A DNA stretch of 63,394 nt, the filler included, from Octopus bimaculoides (taxonomy: Eukaryota), in NCBI RefSeq assembly GCF_001194135.2. It is 6 parts of 6 records of this genome, joined end to end, with 100 filler letters (N's around TTAATTAATTAA, not from the genome) between each part and the next. Parts side by side here need not be neighbours in the genome. Positions count along the whole stretch, not along the records: positions 1 to 30,602 come from NC_068981.1; 5 more parts are not named here. One strand, written 5' to 3'. A program made the position numbers and the translations under genes. The number at the start of each line of letters is the position of its first letter. The first letter of the stretch is position 1. The notes beneath the pieces were generated by a model. The model saw nothing but the letters and a program-made list of their open reading frames with translations. It was not told the DNA's origin and ran no database searches. Below are positions 11,856 through 24,628 of this stretch, piece by piece.

Positions 11856-12718
11856 CTTTTATTGTGTTTTAGCAGTAATACAGGTCCAATTCATATTTAA
11901 CGGTAGATTACGTTTTATTTTTTTATTTTTCCAAATGTAATTATTTCATTAAACATCAGTATTAATATCATTGCTGGGAAATGTAGGGCAAAGAAAACAC
12001 TGTGATTTCCTCTTGAATCCAGTTGTCTCAACAAATGTCGTTAATAGCCCTTGAGATAGATATGAATGGTACTCTAACCAGCCGTGTAAATGTGTGGTTA
12101 TGTACCTCAGTCGGAAATCAATATTGTCATTATTGAGGAGAAATCAAGCAACAGGTGTTAAGTTATGTTTCTGTCCAAGGCAATTTATGCTACTTGCCTG
12201 GGGTTTCATGAATAATTAATAAACGAATGCCGATGAGAAATTATATATTAATGTAGACGGAAATATTATAAATATTCTAAATATGCCGTGGCTTTCATTT
12301 ATGTAACGCAAAATTTTCCCAGAACTAGTCTACATTGTTCAAGCTACTTCAAGTTACATTTTATTGTATTGTACTATCGCAGAAGACGTCTCAATACTTT
12401 ATAATTTCCAAAATGAAGTTGACTGTACTGAATGGTCTTTTGTGATCTATATTTAGACACAGGTAGAAATACTATTAAACGTATATTTCTAAAGAATGCT
12501 ATATTTGAGAACTTTTCCAATGTTTGTCAGGTATTGTCTACAGACATCATAGAAGACGGAGATCAAATTGTATGTTGCGGAGGTTCTAGAATTCAGAACC
12601 ACAAAGGAAGAACTATAAGAGCCATAAAACAATTTTAATACATACTAATATTTTCATTTCATGAACGACTACGTAACTGAGGTCGTAATTTTTGTAGAGT
12701 GCATTCCCTGTGGGATCT

Positions 12719-14454
12719 GGCCAAAAGCTCAGGGTTATATTTTTCGGTTATTTTTTCGTTTTTAGAATATTTAGTTGAATGTGTCTAGCCCAGAATTTTT
12801 TTTTCTTTTTTTTTTTTACCTGTTCCAGTTATTAGACTGCGGTCTGCTATACTGGGGCACCACCTTGTAGAATCTTTAGATGGCTGTATTGAACCCAGAA
12901 TGTTTTGAAATGATTTTTCAACCAGAGCATGAAGTTAAACCTAGATGGTCTGTCGACATGCTAGAAATAACAGCCAAAACTCTTGAAATTTTTTAATAAC
13001 ACCCCTCGGTTATATGTTTTGGTCATTCTTGTTTTTTTTATTTACTAAAAATCCTTTTACTTGTTTCAGTCACTGGATTGCGGCCATGCTGGGGCACCAC
13101 TTTGAAGAATGTTTAGTCGAATGTATCGACGTTAGAAACGTTTTTAGGTAATTTTCAACCAGCACCTAAAGTTAAGCCTAGAAGGTCTCTCCGCATACTA
13201 GAAATAATAGCTAAGTCTTACAAATTTGTTTTTTATAATTTCACGTAAACAAAAACGGAAATCGAAGTTGTAAAAAAAATTATATTTTAAAATTCCAATT
13301 TTTAAATGAACAAAATATATTCAATCGAAAAACAGTGTCAAAACATCTATGTCCCTCACAATGGTATATTCCGTGCGTTTCCTGGTTTTAGAATAATTTT
13401 CAAGTTTGAAAATGAAAATAAATCAACATTAACATTAATAATAGAGTAACAGAACACAAGACTCTTAACTTCTCGATGTAAATTTTGTCTGAATTCTAAC
13501 AAAAGGGAAGGTATTTACATCAAGAAATGTGTAGAAACATTAAAAACGATAAGAAGTGCGTTTGAATGATTATATATACGCACATAAAATGAAAGTAAAT
13601 CAAATATTACACATGTCTCTGGTATGTTTTTTCTTCACTAAAATCAGAACTCGTCATTTTTATGGAGAAACACCCATCTCCCTATTGAGGAAAATGATAA
13701 GAAATACTTTTAACTGACTAGCCTTCTGTAAGACCTTCAACGGCCGGAGACAATTCAAAAGGTCAATTTATTCTCATTAATCTGTAAGCGCCGAGAGAAG
13801 AAAGCAAAAGACTTTAAATGTATATTCTAAAATGCTGATTTTTCTGCGACCAAAGATTCTTCAAGCTAGTGCCCCAGCATGGCCGCAGTCCAATGGCTGA
13901 AACAATTAAACAGTTTTTTGAAAATATAAAAAAACGGAGGGGGTTATAAAAAATTTCAAGAGATTTGGTTGTTGTTTCTAGCATATGGAGATACCTTCTA
14001 GGCTTAACTTCATACACTGGTTGAAAATCATAACAACAATTCTGAGGTCGTTACATTCGACTAAAAATCTTCAAGGTGATACCTCAGTATGGCCGCAGTC
14101 TAATTACTGAAACAAGTAAAAATAAAAGAAATTCTAGCGTCGATACATTCGCCTAAAAAGTCTTCAGCGTTGAGCCCCAGCATGGCCGCAGTCTAATAAC
14201 TATAACAAGTGAAACGGAAAAACAATCCTGGGGTCGATATATTCAACTAAAAATTGCTCAAGGTGGTGCCCCAGCATGACCACAGTCTAATGACTAAAAC
14301 AAGTAAAAAGTGATAAAAAACGAAAATATAATCGAAAAATATAACCGTGGGGCTTTTGTCCACTTTAGCTTGGGGCTTTTGTCCGTGGGGCTTTTGTCCT
14401 AGGGGGCTTTTGTCCTAGGGGGCTTTTGTCCTAGGGGACTTTTGTCCTACATTC
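12719..14454. mobile_element. Foldback-type element: long imperfect inverted arms containing SINE fragments, right end with 6 GGGGCTTTTGTCC units
   Basis: GGCCAAAAGCTCAGGGTTATATTTTTCGGTTA (12719) mirrors TAATCGAAAAATATAACCGTGGGGCTTTTGTCC (14329-14361); TTTTCAACCAG...GCTAGAAA...CTCTTGAAATTT blocks and SINE-B tails are collinear in inverted order (about 12800-13200 vs 13845-14310). Confidence 0.65.
14349..14447. repeat. Tandem array of GGGGCTTTTGTCC (6 units, mostly 15-16 bp spacing)
   Basis: Units at 14349, 14372, 14387, 14403, 14419, 14434. Confidence 0.95.
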
Positions 14455-14699
14455 ATTTCCTGTTATGACATGTCAAGGAAATATATTTAAACGTGTCAAC
14501 ATATTTGATAATGTAAGTATTGGCTAAAATACAGAAGTCGTTATAAAGAACTGTACTTCAGTTGATTGATTATTGCAGCAGTCACTTTTGAAATTAATTA
14601 TTCACGCCAATGTCTTTTGCAGAAGATGCAAATTGATTAAATTTTCGTTGTTATACAGTAAATTACTGGCAAGAAATACACAATCATTAACACACAAAG

Positions 14700-16260
14700 A
14701 AAGTGATGAAATGACAATCTAGATTTACTTATTCCGTTGATGAAACAAATAAAAGAACCTGTACGCAGTCTCACAAACAGTAAAATTCCTCCTAAATCAT
14801 AAGGATAAGTTGAATGATATTTTCCTAAATACACAATGTCGGAAAAATAGCTTTGGTAATAGATTTGCTTAGTCTGTGTTGGACTGAAGTTTACGGGCAA
14901 CAAAGACAAAAGTAATGCCAGTTAATTGATTGATATTTGTTGCAGTTAAAATGTTGAAAGCGAAGTCAAACATCTTTATTCAGATTTTGCTTGAGAATTA
15001 CGATAAATATTTCTAAAGAGTAATATTTTGGATATTGTTTGTCAAATAATTCAGATGCTTTTTTATCATCTATATTATAACATTTCATCAAATATTTTAC
15101 CATCGTTTTACCATTTTCATATTATAATGAAGACATTCGGAATCCAAAGAAAACGAAGACCAACGCCGGTAACAATTATTTCGTAGGTCTGCTTTCGAAA
15201 GTTCAGTCACCATGGGAAATGGAGGCTTTAGCGTTTCGGAGTGGTATATTTTGTCCATGAGTGAGAAGTGGAGAGACAGACAAAAAGAAATGGGTAAATC
15301 CTCTTTCACACAGACGAGAAGGACTCGAAACTCAGATGCTTCATTCGCCTTTCTCAAAACAATTAAACTTAGCAACCTTGTCGATGAACTCTTCAATTCT
15401 TCATAACGAAGAATTTAGGTAAGTCCACGTGAAACCAGAAATATTCATGAAAATGTGCTTTAGAGAAGAAGCAACAGTACTAATTTCTTCAATTTCAAAC
15501 TGTATGCATGTTATGTAATAGGCATTGCTTTTAATAATTAGTTACAGTCACAGCATTAAAATGATTTTGTCTATTATTGATTAAAAAAGAATGCGAATGC
15601 ACCGTAAGAAAATTCACCTTCCTTCAAGACCCATCTACAACAATAATACTCACGGATTAATGGAGATGATACACCGCTCCCATCGGAGACATCATCTCAG
15701 AAATTACTGAAAAGTGGTAGAATACAGAATGTATTAATATATAATAAGCGCAATTAAACAAATATCTCTAAAATCTGCAGTCTTTCGGATACATAAGAAA
15801 TATGAAAAAAGTCTGTAGAAGTTCGTTTTGCAAAAGATTGAGCTGTTTTTCATGGGTTCAATTTCTTTCTTAGTCATCGTTAGCTATAAACATAAAAGAA
15901 GCTTCTAATATACTATTTTGGAATCATGCCCCCCCCCCCTTTTAGATTTGGTGTTTAGACATTCATCAAATTCCTAAGAGGAAGGCTTGCTGGAGATTAA
16001 ACTTGTAGGTTACGGGTCATTCTGGATACTTTGTGGGGGAAAACATTCACAGAAACAAAGGCTGTATAGGTATATTTTTGCAACCACTAGTATCATTAAA
16101 GATGGTTATGAATACATTCCCGACGAACTCAACAAGAACACATTGTTGATACATTCGTATAGGCACCGAAAAATGGATACACATGAGTTGGCCCTCCAGT
16201 AAAATTTTTTACCAGTTCTGTACAGATATGTAGTATTGTCCTGCTAAACTTCCAAGGAAT
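14700..16260 (-). pseudogene. Highly degenerate MULE (Mutator-like) transposase
   Basis: Minus strand: YLYRTGKKFYWRANSC (FLYWCH-like, about 16185-16230), ISHGD*TFESRP (DGTF motif with stop, about 15185-15220), KSITKAIFPT (precedes the GCxFH motif). Confidence 0.5.
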
Positions 16261-16821
16261 AGCTGTGATAGAGACGGAAAGTGTGATCTGTGAACAAAGC
16301 TGTTCAAATTCAACCAGATTATTCAAATTAGATGAAGATGCCAATTGTTGATATATTTTCATCCTTAGTTTTATATTTCATTTTTATTCAATTTATTTTA
16401 TTTTTTTTACTTATTTATCTATTGCTCAGTCAATTAACATGAAGACGTAGAAGTATATACAGAAAAAAAATTGTATTGGGTTTATTCCCAATATACAAAT
16501 TACGCAAACGACTAAAGATTTAAGTGCTAAAAAGAATTACAATGTTTTTAGACCAGTTACAAGTGTATATCTAAGCTTGGTGTATAAACGTTTGAAAAGA
16601 ACCACAAATTGATTCTTGAAAGATACTCAACGCCATTTTTATATAGTTCTAAATATAGTCTATTGTCCATTGTTATATTATGCTTAAAAAACATAGCAAC
16701 AAAGATATTAGCGTACTACTATTTTGTCATATTAGATGTCCAAACTCCTTCTTTATCCCTCCCTTTCCCTCTATCATCTCTCTCACTTTATCCTTTCTCT
16801 CTCCCTTCTCCCTCTCTTACA

Positions 16822-16856
<35 letters not shown>

Positions 16857-17158
16857 GTTATATATGTGTGTGTGTGCGTGCGTGTGTGTAGAATGCTTGT
16901 GTTTTGTGCATTAATGTATGCAACTGTATGTTTAAGAGATATACTCATATAAAACACCTACGCGCTAGTACTACACATACGTATAAATATTGACGCACAC
17001 ACACACACACATACATACATGTCTGTGTAAATATGTGCAAATAAAATACTATGTGTATATTAAGGTACACGCATATATACAAACACAAACATAAATACAC
17101 GCCTGTATGCACTTGAATATACATCTGCATACACAAACACACACAATATATACATACA

Positions 17159-17246
<88 letters not shown>

Positions 17247-19018
17247 TATATATGAATTAAATGCTCTTTATAATAGATTCAAGGTAGACTGCATTCGGTG
17301 CGAATATAAGTATTAAAGCATGAAAGACATTGGATGTTTATGGCAGTGAGAATATGTGTAGTGAATCATAACTTTGACTTTACAATTTCCTTGAAGTAAG
17401 AAGAAGGCGGTGATGTGGCTTTAGCAAAGGCGGCATAGAGAAGGAACACTAATGTCGGTGAAGTTAAATGTGGAGGCGTTGTATAGAGGAGATGGGTAGG
17501 TGGAGTGACAAGTGGACAGTAATATAGTGAAAAAGATTTGTGGATAGTTTGAACATTGAACAAGATAATGACCCGCAGGATAATGGCGGCCGTGGCTCGT
17601 AAACGACACACGTTTACGACTAGAGACTGTCGAGAAAGCGATTCGACCTGGACATTGCTGCAGTCACTTTAAATGGACGCTGATGGCTCTTTGTCATATC
17701 CAATAATATGAACGTACATATCAGATACATATATTCATGTACATGTGTACGTACATATGCACACAGAAACGAATTCACGTATGTAAACATACGCATAAAT
17801 ACATGCATATTTGTGTGTGTTTGTGTGTGCGTGCGTTTATGTGTTTATAAATATATATATATATATATTTACATATACATACACACATATGAGTTATATA
17901 CATATACGAATACATACAATATGCTATGAAGATAAACTCATGCAGCATTTTGTGCGTGTGTGTATGTATGTGTACGAGTGCGTGTGTACACACAAAGACT
18001 CATTTCTGTATTCTTATATGTATACAAGAGTTAATACAAGTATGTAAGTATATATTGTAGATTGTTGCATCTACAGTAGCTTTATCTACGTATATGTGTG
18101 TGCGTGTGAGTATGTGTATATATACGTGTGTTTGTCTGCCTGTGTTTTCTACGTATGTGTATGCATTTGTTCGAACGTGTGACTGTGTGTGCGTAAACCC
18201 CTAAGTATATATATATGTATATGTATGAGTGTGTGCAATATGCTGAGTTTTACTCTGTTTATATTCGGATTTTACGCTTCTCTCCTTTCCGGCTTCGCTC
18301 CTTTAAGAATGTAATAGAACAGTAAAACTCGTACTTATTTGAGATGATGGCAAAATCAATAGAACATCAGGGAAAATACCTTACTATGTTAAGTTACGTC
18401 ACTTCACATTCTGAGTTCAATCCTGGACAATCTTTGCTCCTCAGAAAACAAGTACTATTCTATAAAACAAGTAGTACACTCGATGAATTCGACTACATAG
18501 TCCAATAACTAAATCGCATTTCATTTTTACTTGTGCGGCCATGCTGGGGGTATCGCCTTGAAGGTTTTACACAAACAAACTAAGTAAAATTATGGATGTG
18601 AAAAATCTCCGTTCTCCTTATCATTATTAATAATATATATATATATATATATATANNNNNNNNNNNNNNNNNNNNNNNNNNNNNNNNNNNNNNNNNNNNN
18701 NNNNNNNNNNNNNNNNNNNNNNNNNNNNNNNNNNNNNNNNNNNNNNNNNNNNNNNNNNNNNNNNNNNNNNNNNNNNNNNNNNNNNNNNNNNATAAAATCC
18801 AAGCAGTTTTATTTGTTTATTTACATTATTGGCTCTATATCTTCTCACCTGGATTCCTCTTATATCCTCTCTTTACCCAGCGGACTTGGCACTCAGTAAA
18901 GGTTTCGGAGTGCAAGTTCAAATCATTTGAGCAATACAAGTGTTTTCTATATTGAGAATCTCTGGATCGCATCTGTTGATTCTCTCTCTATATATAAATA
19001 TATTTATATATACACTGA

Positions 19019-19070
<52 letters not shown>

Positions 19071-19618
19071 GAGAGAGAGAGAGACATACATACAGACAGA
19101 AAGAATAGGAGAGAGTGTGTATGTGTTTTCGTACGAGCATGTGTATGTGTGTGTGTACGCATGTCTGCGCGCGTGAAAGAGAGAGGAGCGGAAGAGAGAG
19201 GAAGAATGCAAAGATGTTAGTTATAAATACCAACAATATGGCTGACAGGAAACACATCTGGGCATTGTTTGCATATAAGTATATTCTTGCATTTGTAATA
19301 AAATAAACCTTTATACTAGAACTAAATGATATTATCCGTGCAATTAAGTGAGAAATCTCCAAACAGTATTTTCTTAATTTTTGCAAAATCGTTATATTTC
19401 ATTGGAGTTATTTCCCTTACTTGTTAGTTATTGGTAATTATTGCTTGTTAGCATTTTAAAAGAGAATTGGTCTTTCAAACTTCGGAAGTTGAAAGGTTTG
19501 TAAGGGACCTTAATGGGTATTTATCGTTTATCCTTTACTTGTTTCAGTTATTAGACAGCGGTCATGCTGGGGCACCCACCGCCTTGAAATGTTTCATTTG
19601 ACTGAGGAATTTCAACCA

Positions 19619-19919
19619 TGTTTCGTGGTCTGCTACCACAACAGCTCCTTTATAGGATCCAGTTAGCTCAAGACATCATCACGAGGAACCACGTCCGGTT
19701 TCGGCCCCTACTCCTCTACCGTTTTGACGTGGCGGGGCCCCTCCTTTCGGAGGTGTCTTCAGCTCTGGTGTTGGGTGTATGTCTTCTTTCTTCTATTCCC
19801 TGGCCTCTTCGATGCAGCATCAACGAGTGTCAGCGTCCGACTGATCGTCATGTCAAGTTCCCCTTTTTATATCTGCTGCTAGGCTCCAGCAGGCAGCCCC
19901 AGCTAGTTGTCACGTGACA
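19619..19919 (-). mobile_element. Probable solo LTR (301 bp) inserted in a SINE-B tail
   Basis: TGTTTCGTG...CACGTGACA ends (7/9 inverted), GC-rich, TATAAAAAG on the minus strand; SINE-B sequence on both sides (19535-19618, 19920-20050); no TSD seen. Confidence 0.45.
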
Positions 19920-20171
19920 CTGTCTAAGTATTTATATTTACAAGCCCGATTGTTATTCTGTTGGTTACTTAGGACCAACCGCTAAGTTACGTGACGTAAG
20001 TAAAATATCTACGATTCTCAAGTGGGTGGGGAGACAAAGACAAACACACACTTACACATTCATATGTATCTTTCTATCAATCTATCTATCTATTTATCCG
20101 TAACCACATGTGAATCGTTGGCGATTTTTTTCGGCCGTTTTCATTTTCTCTTGGACTTACCTCCGTCTCCT

Positions 20172-20205
20172 GTTTCTGACGAAGAGCTTTGCTCGAAACG
20201 TAAAC
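20172..20205 (+). ncRNA. Minimal type I hammerhead ribozyme-like motif (Penelope-associated type)
   Basis: GTTT-CTGACGA-A-GAGC(TTT)GCTC-GAAACGT-AAAC; palindromic ACGT stem III; stem I GTTT/AAAC leaves the cleavage-site nucleotide ambiguous (possibly one A lost). Confidence 0.65.
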
Positions 20206-20837
20206 TACCTTTCTTTCCTTCCCTGAGCGTCTTCTAATACTTTGCATGTAACATGTCCTCGCGTTGTTTTTTTTTTTTCATGTGTTTGTCCTTCGTTTCC
20301 TTGGATTTACTACATATACATACATATTCATATATATATATATATANNNNNNNNNNNNNNNNNNNNNNNNNNNNNNNNNNNNNNNNNNNNNNNNNTATGT
20401 ATGTATGTATGTATGTATATTGAATACTTCCGAAAATTGTTTCAAAAGAATATATAATCCTGGCGGTTACCGTATTTCCTCTTAAATCGGTTTTAAACGC
20501 CGGCTAACCATAGTGAATGTTGGTGACACCCGAGTTAGTAATAAGTTACTTGACTCCGGTAATTAGTCACGCTCGGTAAAACTGAGTGTCGTTTTCGGGA
20601 CTGCATAGTTTCCGTAGTGTAATAGTATCGATAATGGTGAGGTGAACGGAGATTTTCCACATCTATAATTTTATTAAACAGCTATTTATAGCGTTCTTTC
20701 GCCGACCTATGTCCGTTCCAACCGCATCAACTGCAGACTATTAGGTATGCAATTTGGTATTATTGTCGATGCAGTTTCTTCAGGGTCTATTATTTGCTGC
20801 TATTCGAAAACAATCACTGATCTCAACTTAGAAGTGG

Positions 20838-20945
20838 CTTTGGCCCATCTGGGGCTATAGCAAAAGACACTTGCTCAAGGTACCGCGTAGTGTTACTGAA
20901 TCCGGAACTATGTTGTTGGGAATCAAACTATTTCCACACAGCCAC
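20838..20945 (-). mobile_element. SINE family B head fragment
   Basis: GGGGCTATAGCAAAAGACACTTGCTCAAGGTACCGCG...CCACACAGCCAC. Confidence 0.75.
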
Positions 20946-21718
20946 TCCTTCGCTTCTTAATGATAAATTCATAAAAACAACTAAACTCGTATCATTTGAT
21001 TCCTGGGTTTCAGCTACAAAATATTCTCCGATTGGAACATCGATTATATCTCACAACGCGACTAAGTATATACTTATTAAACATGTATATTATCTCCAAC
21101 TGGGTCTATTATGGAACGGTATGTTGAAGTCTTTTTAATATGAACCACCAGCCATTACTCTTCCATGAAAATCAAGAAAAATTGTTCTTCGTCACTCCGA
21201 TATTTGACGAAGAAGCCTGGTAAGCGGCCCTGATTAATATTAATATACACGAAACTCTTGTCACTGAATCAATTGCCTTGCTTTCTTCTACGGAATATTC
21301 TTAACCACAAGTAGCAAAACTATTTCTATAATTGTTCAGACAAATTATATACACACATATCTGAACAGCACTGTGCCACTGAGTTTGTTAATGCATACAT
21401 GTGTAAGTATGTGTGTGTGTGCATATTTCTATTACACAATTTTCTTGTTTTCGTAATCGATGAGGATTGTGGAAATGAAGGCTAAGTATATAAGTTGATG
21501 TATTTGATTTAAAGTATAACGAAAAGAGAAGATTAAATCAAATAATATCCAACTGATGTTTGGTTTTAAAATGTGGCAACGTTTTGGGATGTAGCAGTCA
21601 TTAAAATTCTCTCTTTATATCCATCAGCTTCAACTGTGAGAAAACCAAATAACTGAAAAGCAAACGTAAATCGGTTCCTCAAACCAGATGCATTTACACA
21701 TACTCAGATGCTTACCAT

Positions 21719-21749
<31 letters not shown>

Positions 21750-22815
21750 CCACACACAAACAAACACACACATACGTATATACAAGCACACGCGTATACA
21801 TATATTTATATCTAAGCACACATATACGCACACACACATGTATATGTATATATATACAATATACATACATACATNNNNNNNNNNNNNNNNNNNNNNNNNN
21901 NNNNNNNNNNNNNNNNNNNNNNNNNNNNNNNNNNNNNNNNNNNNNNNNNNNNNNNNNNNNNNNNNNNNNNNNNNNNNNNNNNNNNNNNNNNNNNNNNNNN
22001 NNNNNNNNNNNNNNNNNNNNNNNNNNNNNNNNNNNNNNNNNNNNNNNNNNNNNNNNNNNNNNNNNNNNNNNNNNNNNNNNNNNNNNNNNNNNNNNNNNNN
22101 NNNNNNNNNNNNNNNNNNNNNNNNNNNNNNNNNNNNNNNNNNNNNNNNNNNNNNNNNNNNNNNNNNNNNNNNNNNNNNNNNNNNNNNNNNNNNNNNNNNN
22201 NNNNNNNNNNNNNNNNNNNNNNNNNNNNNNNNNNNNNNNNNNNNNNNNNNNNNNNNNNNNNNNNNNNNNNNNNNNNNNNNNNNNNNNNNNNNNNNNNNNN
22301 NNNNNNNNNNNNNNNNNNNNNNNNNNNNNNNNNNNNNNNNNNNNNNNNNNNNNNNNNNNNNNNNNNATAGATAAATAGATAAATAGATACATAGATACAT
22401 AGATACATAGATACATAGATAAATAAATAAACAGACAGACACATACATACATGCATACATACATACATACATACATACATACATACGTACGTACGTACGT
22501 ACATACATACATACATACATACGTACATACATACATACATACATACATACATACATACATACATAGAAGTATGCACATGTATATATATACAATATACATA
22601 CATACATACATACATACATAGAAGTATGCACATGTATATATATACAATATACATACATGCATATATAAAAGGAGAGATTGGGCTGGAGATGACATACAGA
22701 CAGACACTAAGAGATTATGAGCCATCTTAGAACATATAACTTCAATAGAATTAAAATTTCTACACCGAAAGATGATGATGGTGTTGACGTTGATGTATGT
22801 ATATATGTATAGAAT

Positions 22816-22865
<50 letters not shown>

Positions 22866-24156
22866 GTATATGTATATTTGCATGTATACATATGCGCGTA
22901 GTGCGCGCATGTGTACATACAAGCGCGTGAATCCGTGTCATGATGTACATTGCCTATAAACGCATCGAAATGAATGAGTCAGATGGCTTAACAATTGACC
23001 CAAGATCATATACCAATATCGAGAATATTCTAATGACCTGAAACAAGGTTTTAAGCAATTCTGAAATGTAGTCCTGACTTCTAGACTTCAATAGGAATAT
23101 TGGGATATAAATTCTTAACTGTGGCTTTCTCTAGTAGTTTTATGATTTAAGAAATAACCTCTAGATATAAAACCTGGCCGCAGTGTAATGATCTCGGATT
23201 GCTTCAATAGGCTCGCATTGTGTCTGCGCCTACATACGCGCATGTGTTCCTGTGTAATTGTTTGCGTATATGCGTGTGTATGTGTGTGCGTGTGTGTGCG
23301 AGTATGTGCGCGCGCGGGTGTTGTTTGTTTGACTGTACGTGCGTGTATGTCTATGTTCGTGTCAGTATGAATGCATATAGGACAAAAAAGGATATGCCAG
23401 GATTGATAATATAAACCACAGTAAACAGACACATAGACACGTACGCAAACACGTATCAAATACAGTATGTAGGTAAACATATGTATCCGCATATGCATAT
23501 AATATTGATATTATGTAAATATGAATGAGAGAGAGGTGGGCAGGCAGACAGAGATGTATATGGATGCATATATACATACATATATATATATATATATATA
23601 NNNNNNNNNNNNNNNNNNNNNNNNNNNNNNNNNNNNNNNNNNNNNNNNNNNNNNNNNNNNNNNNNNNNNNNNNNNNNNNNNNNNNNNNNNNNNNNNNNNN
23701 NNNNNNNNNNNNNNNNNNNNNNNNNNNNNNNNNNNNNNNNNNNNNNNNNNNNNNNNNNNNNNNNNNNNNNNNNNNNNNNNNNNNNNNNNNNNNNNNNNNN
23801 NNNNNNNNNNTATGTATATGTGTGTTTTAGTGTATGAATATATTTGTATATATATATATATATATATATCAAAATAAGCAACAAGGATATCCAAAGTAAA
23901 TGAAGCCCGATCGTGTCATGCGACACCATTTATTTAAGCAATGTGAACATTACATCAAATGTAAAATGCAGAGCAATCTTCAGCTGCACAAAGACATAGA
24001 AATTTACTGAAATTTCATTTCAGCAGAAGGACATATTTTTATAACTACATTTAAACTCTTCAAGTAGGAAGGAATGTATGGATAATACCATACTTAATTC
24101 TGGTGCCTAAACTTAAGTATCATACTCACCTTCAATCTATATAGATAGATGATAGA

Positions 24157-24205
<49 letters not shown>

Positions 24206-24593
24206 CGAGAGAGCGAGAGAGAGAGAAAGAGATAGAATAGTGGTAAAACAATGCACCACCAATATTTACTGGAAATAGCAGTAGATAGCTTTATATATAT
24301 TTGCACAGTTTAAAGAAGGAGTAAACATGTAGATAAACTATTTTTCCATTGTTAATTGTGGTAAATAGTTTCATTTACTAATTTTATTCAATAACTTTAT
24401 AACATACATAAAGGTTTCTTACAGTTTAAATATTATTAACTTACGTTTGTCATAATAATGGTAATATATACTACTATTGATAGGGGTAAATTTCACAAGA
24501 AATTATTAATTTCCGTAATGCTTATATAGAAAGGCGGTTTAATTTGACGTGTTTATAAAATAGTCGATGAGAGTTTCGTTATATTTAGCACTT

Positions 24594-24628
<35 letters not shown>

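Noticed and set aside
15212-15424. Plus-strand ORF and AG|GTAAGT donor, with faint Harbinger-like wording
   Set aside because: Upstream frames are closed; the minus-strand MULE motifs explain the region better
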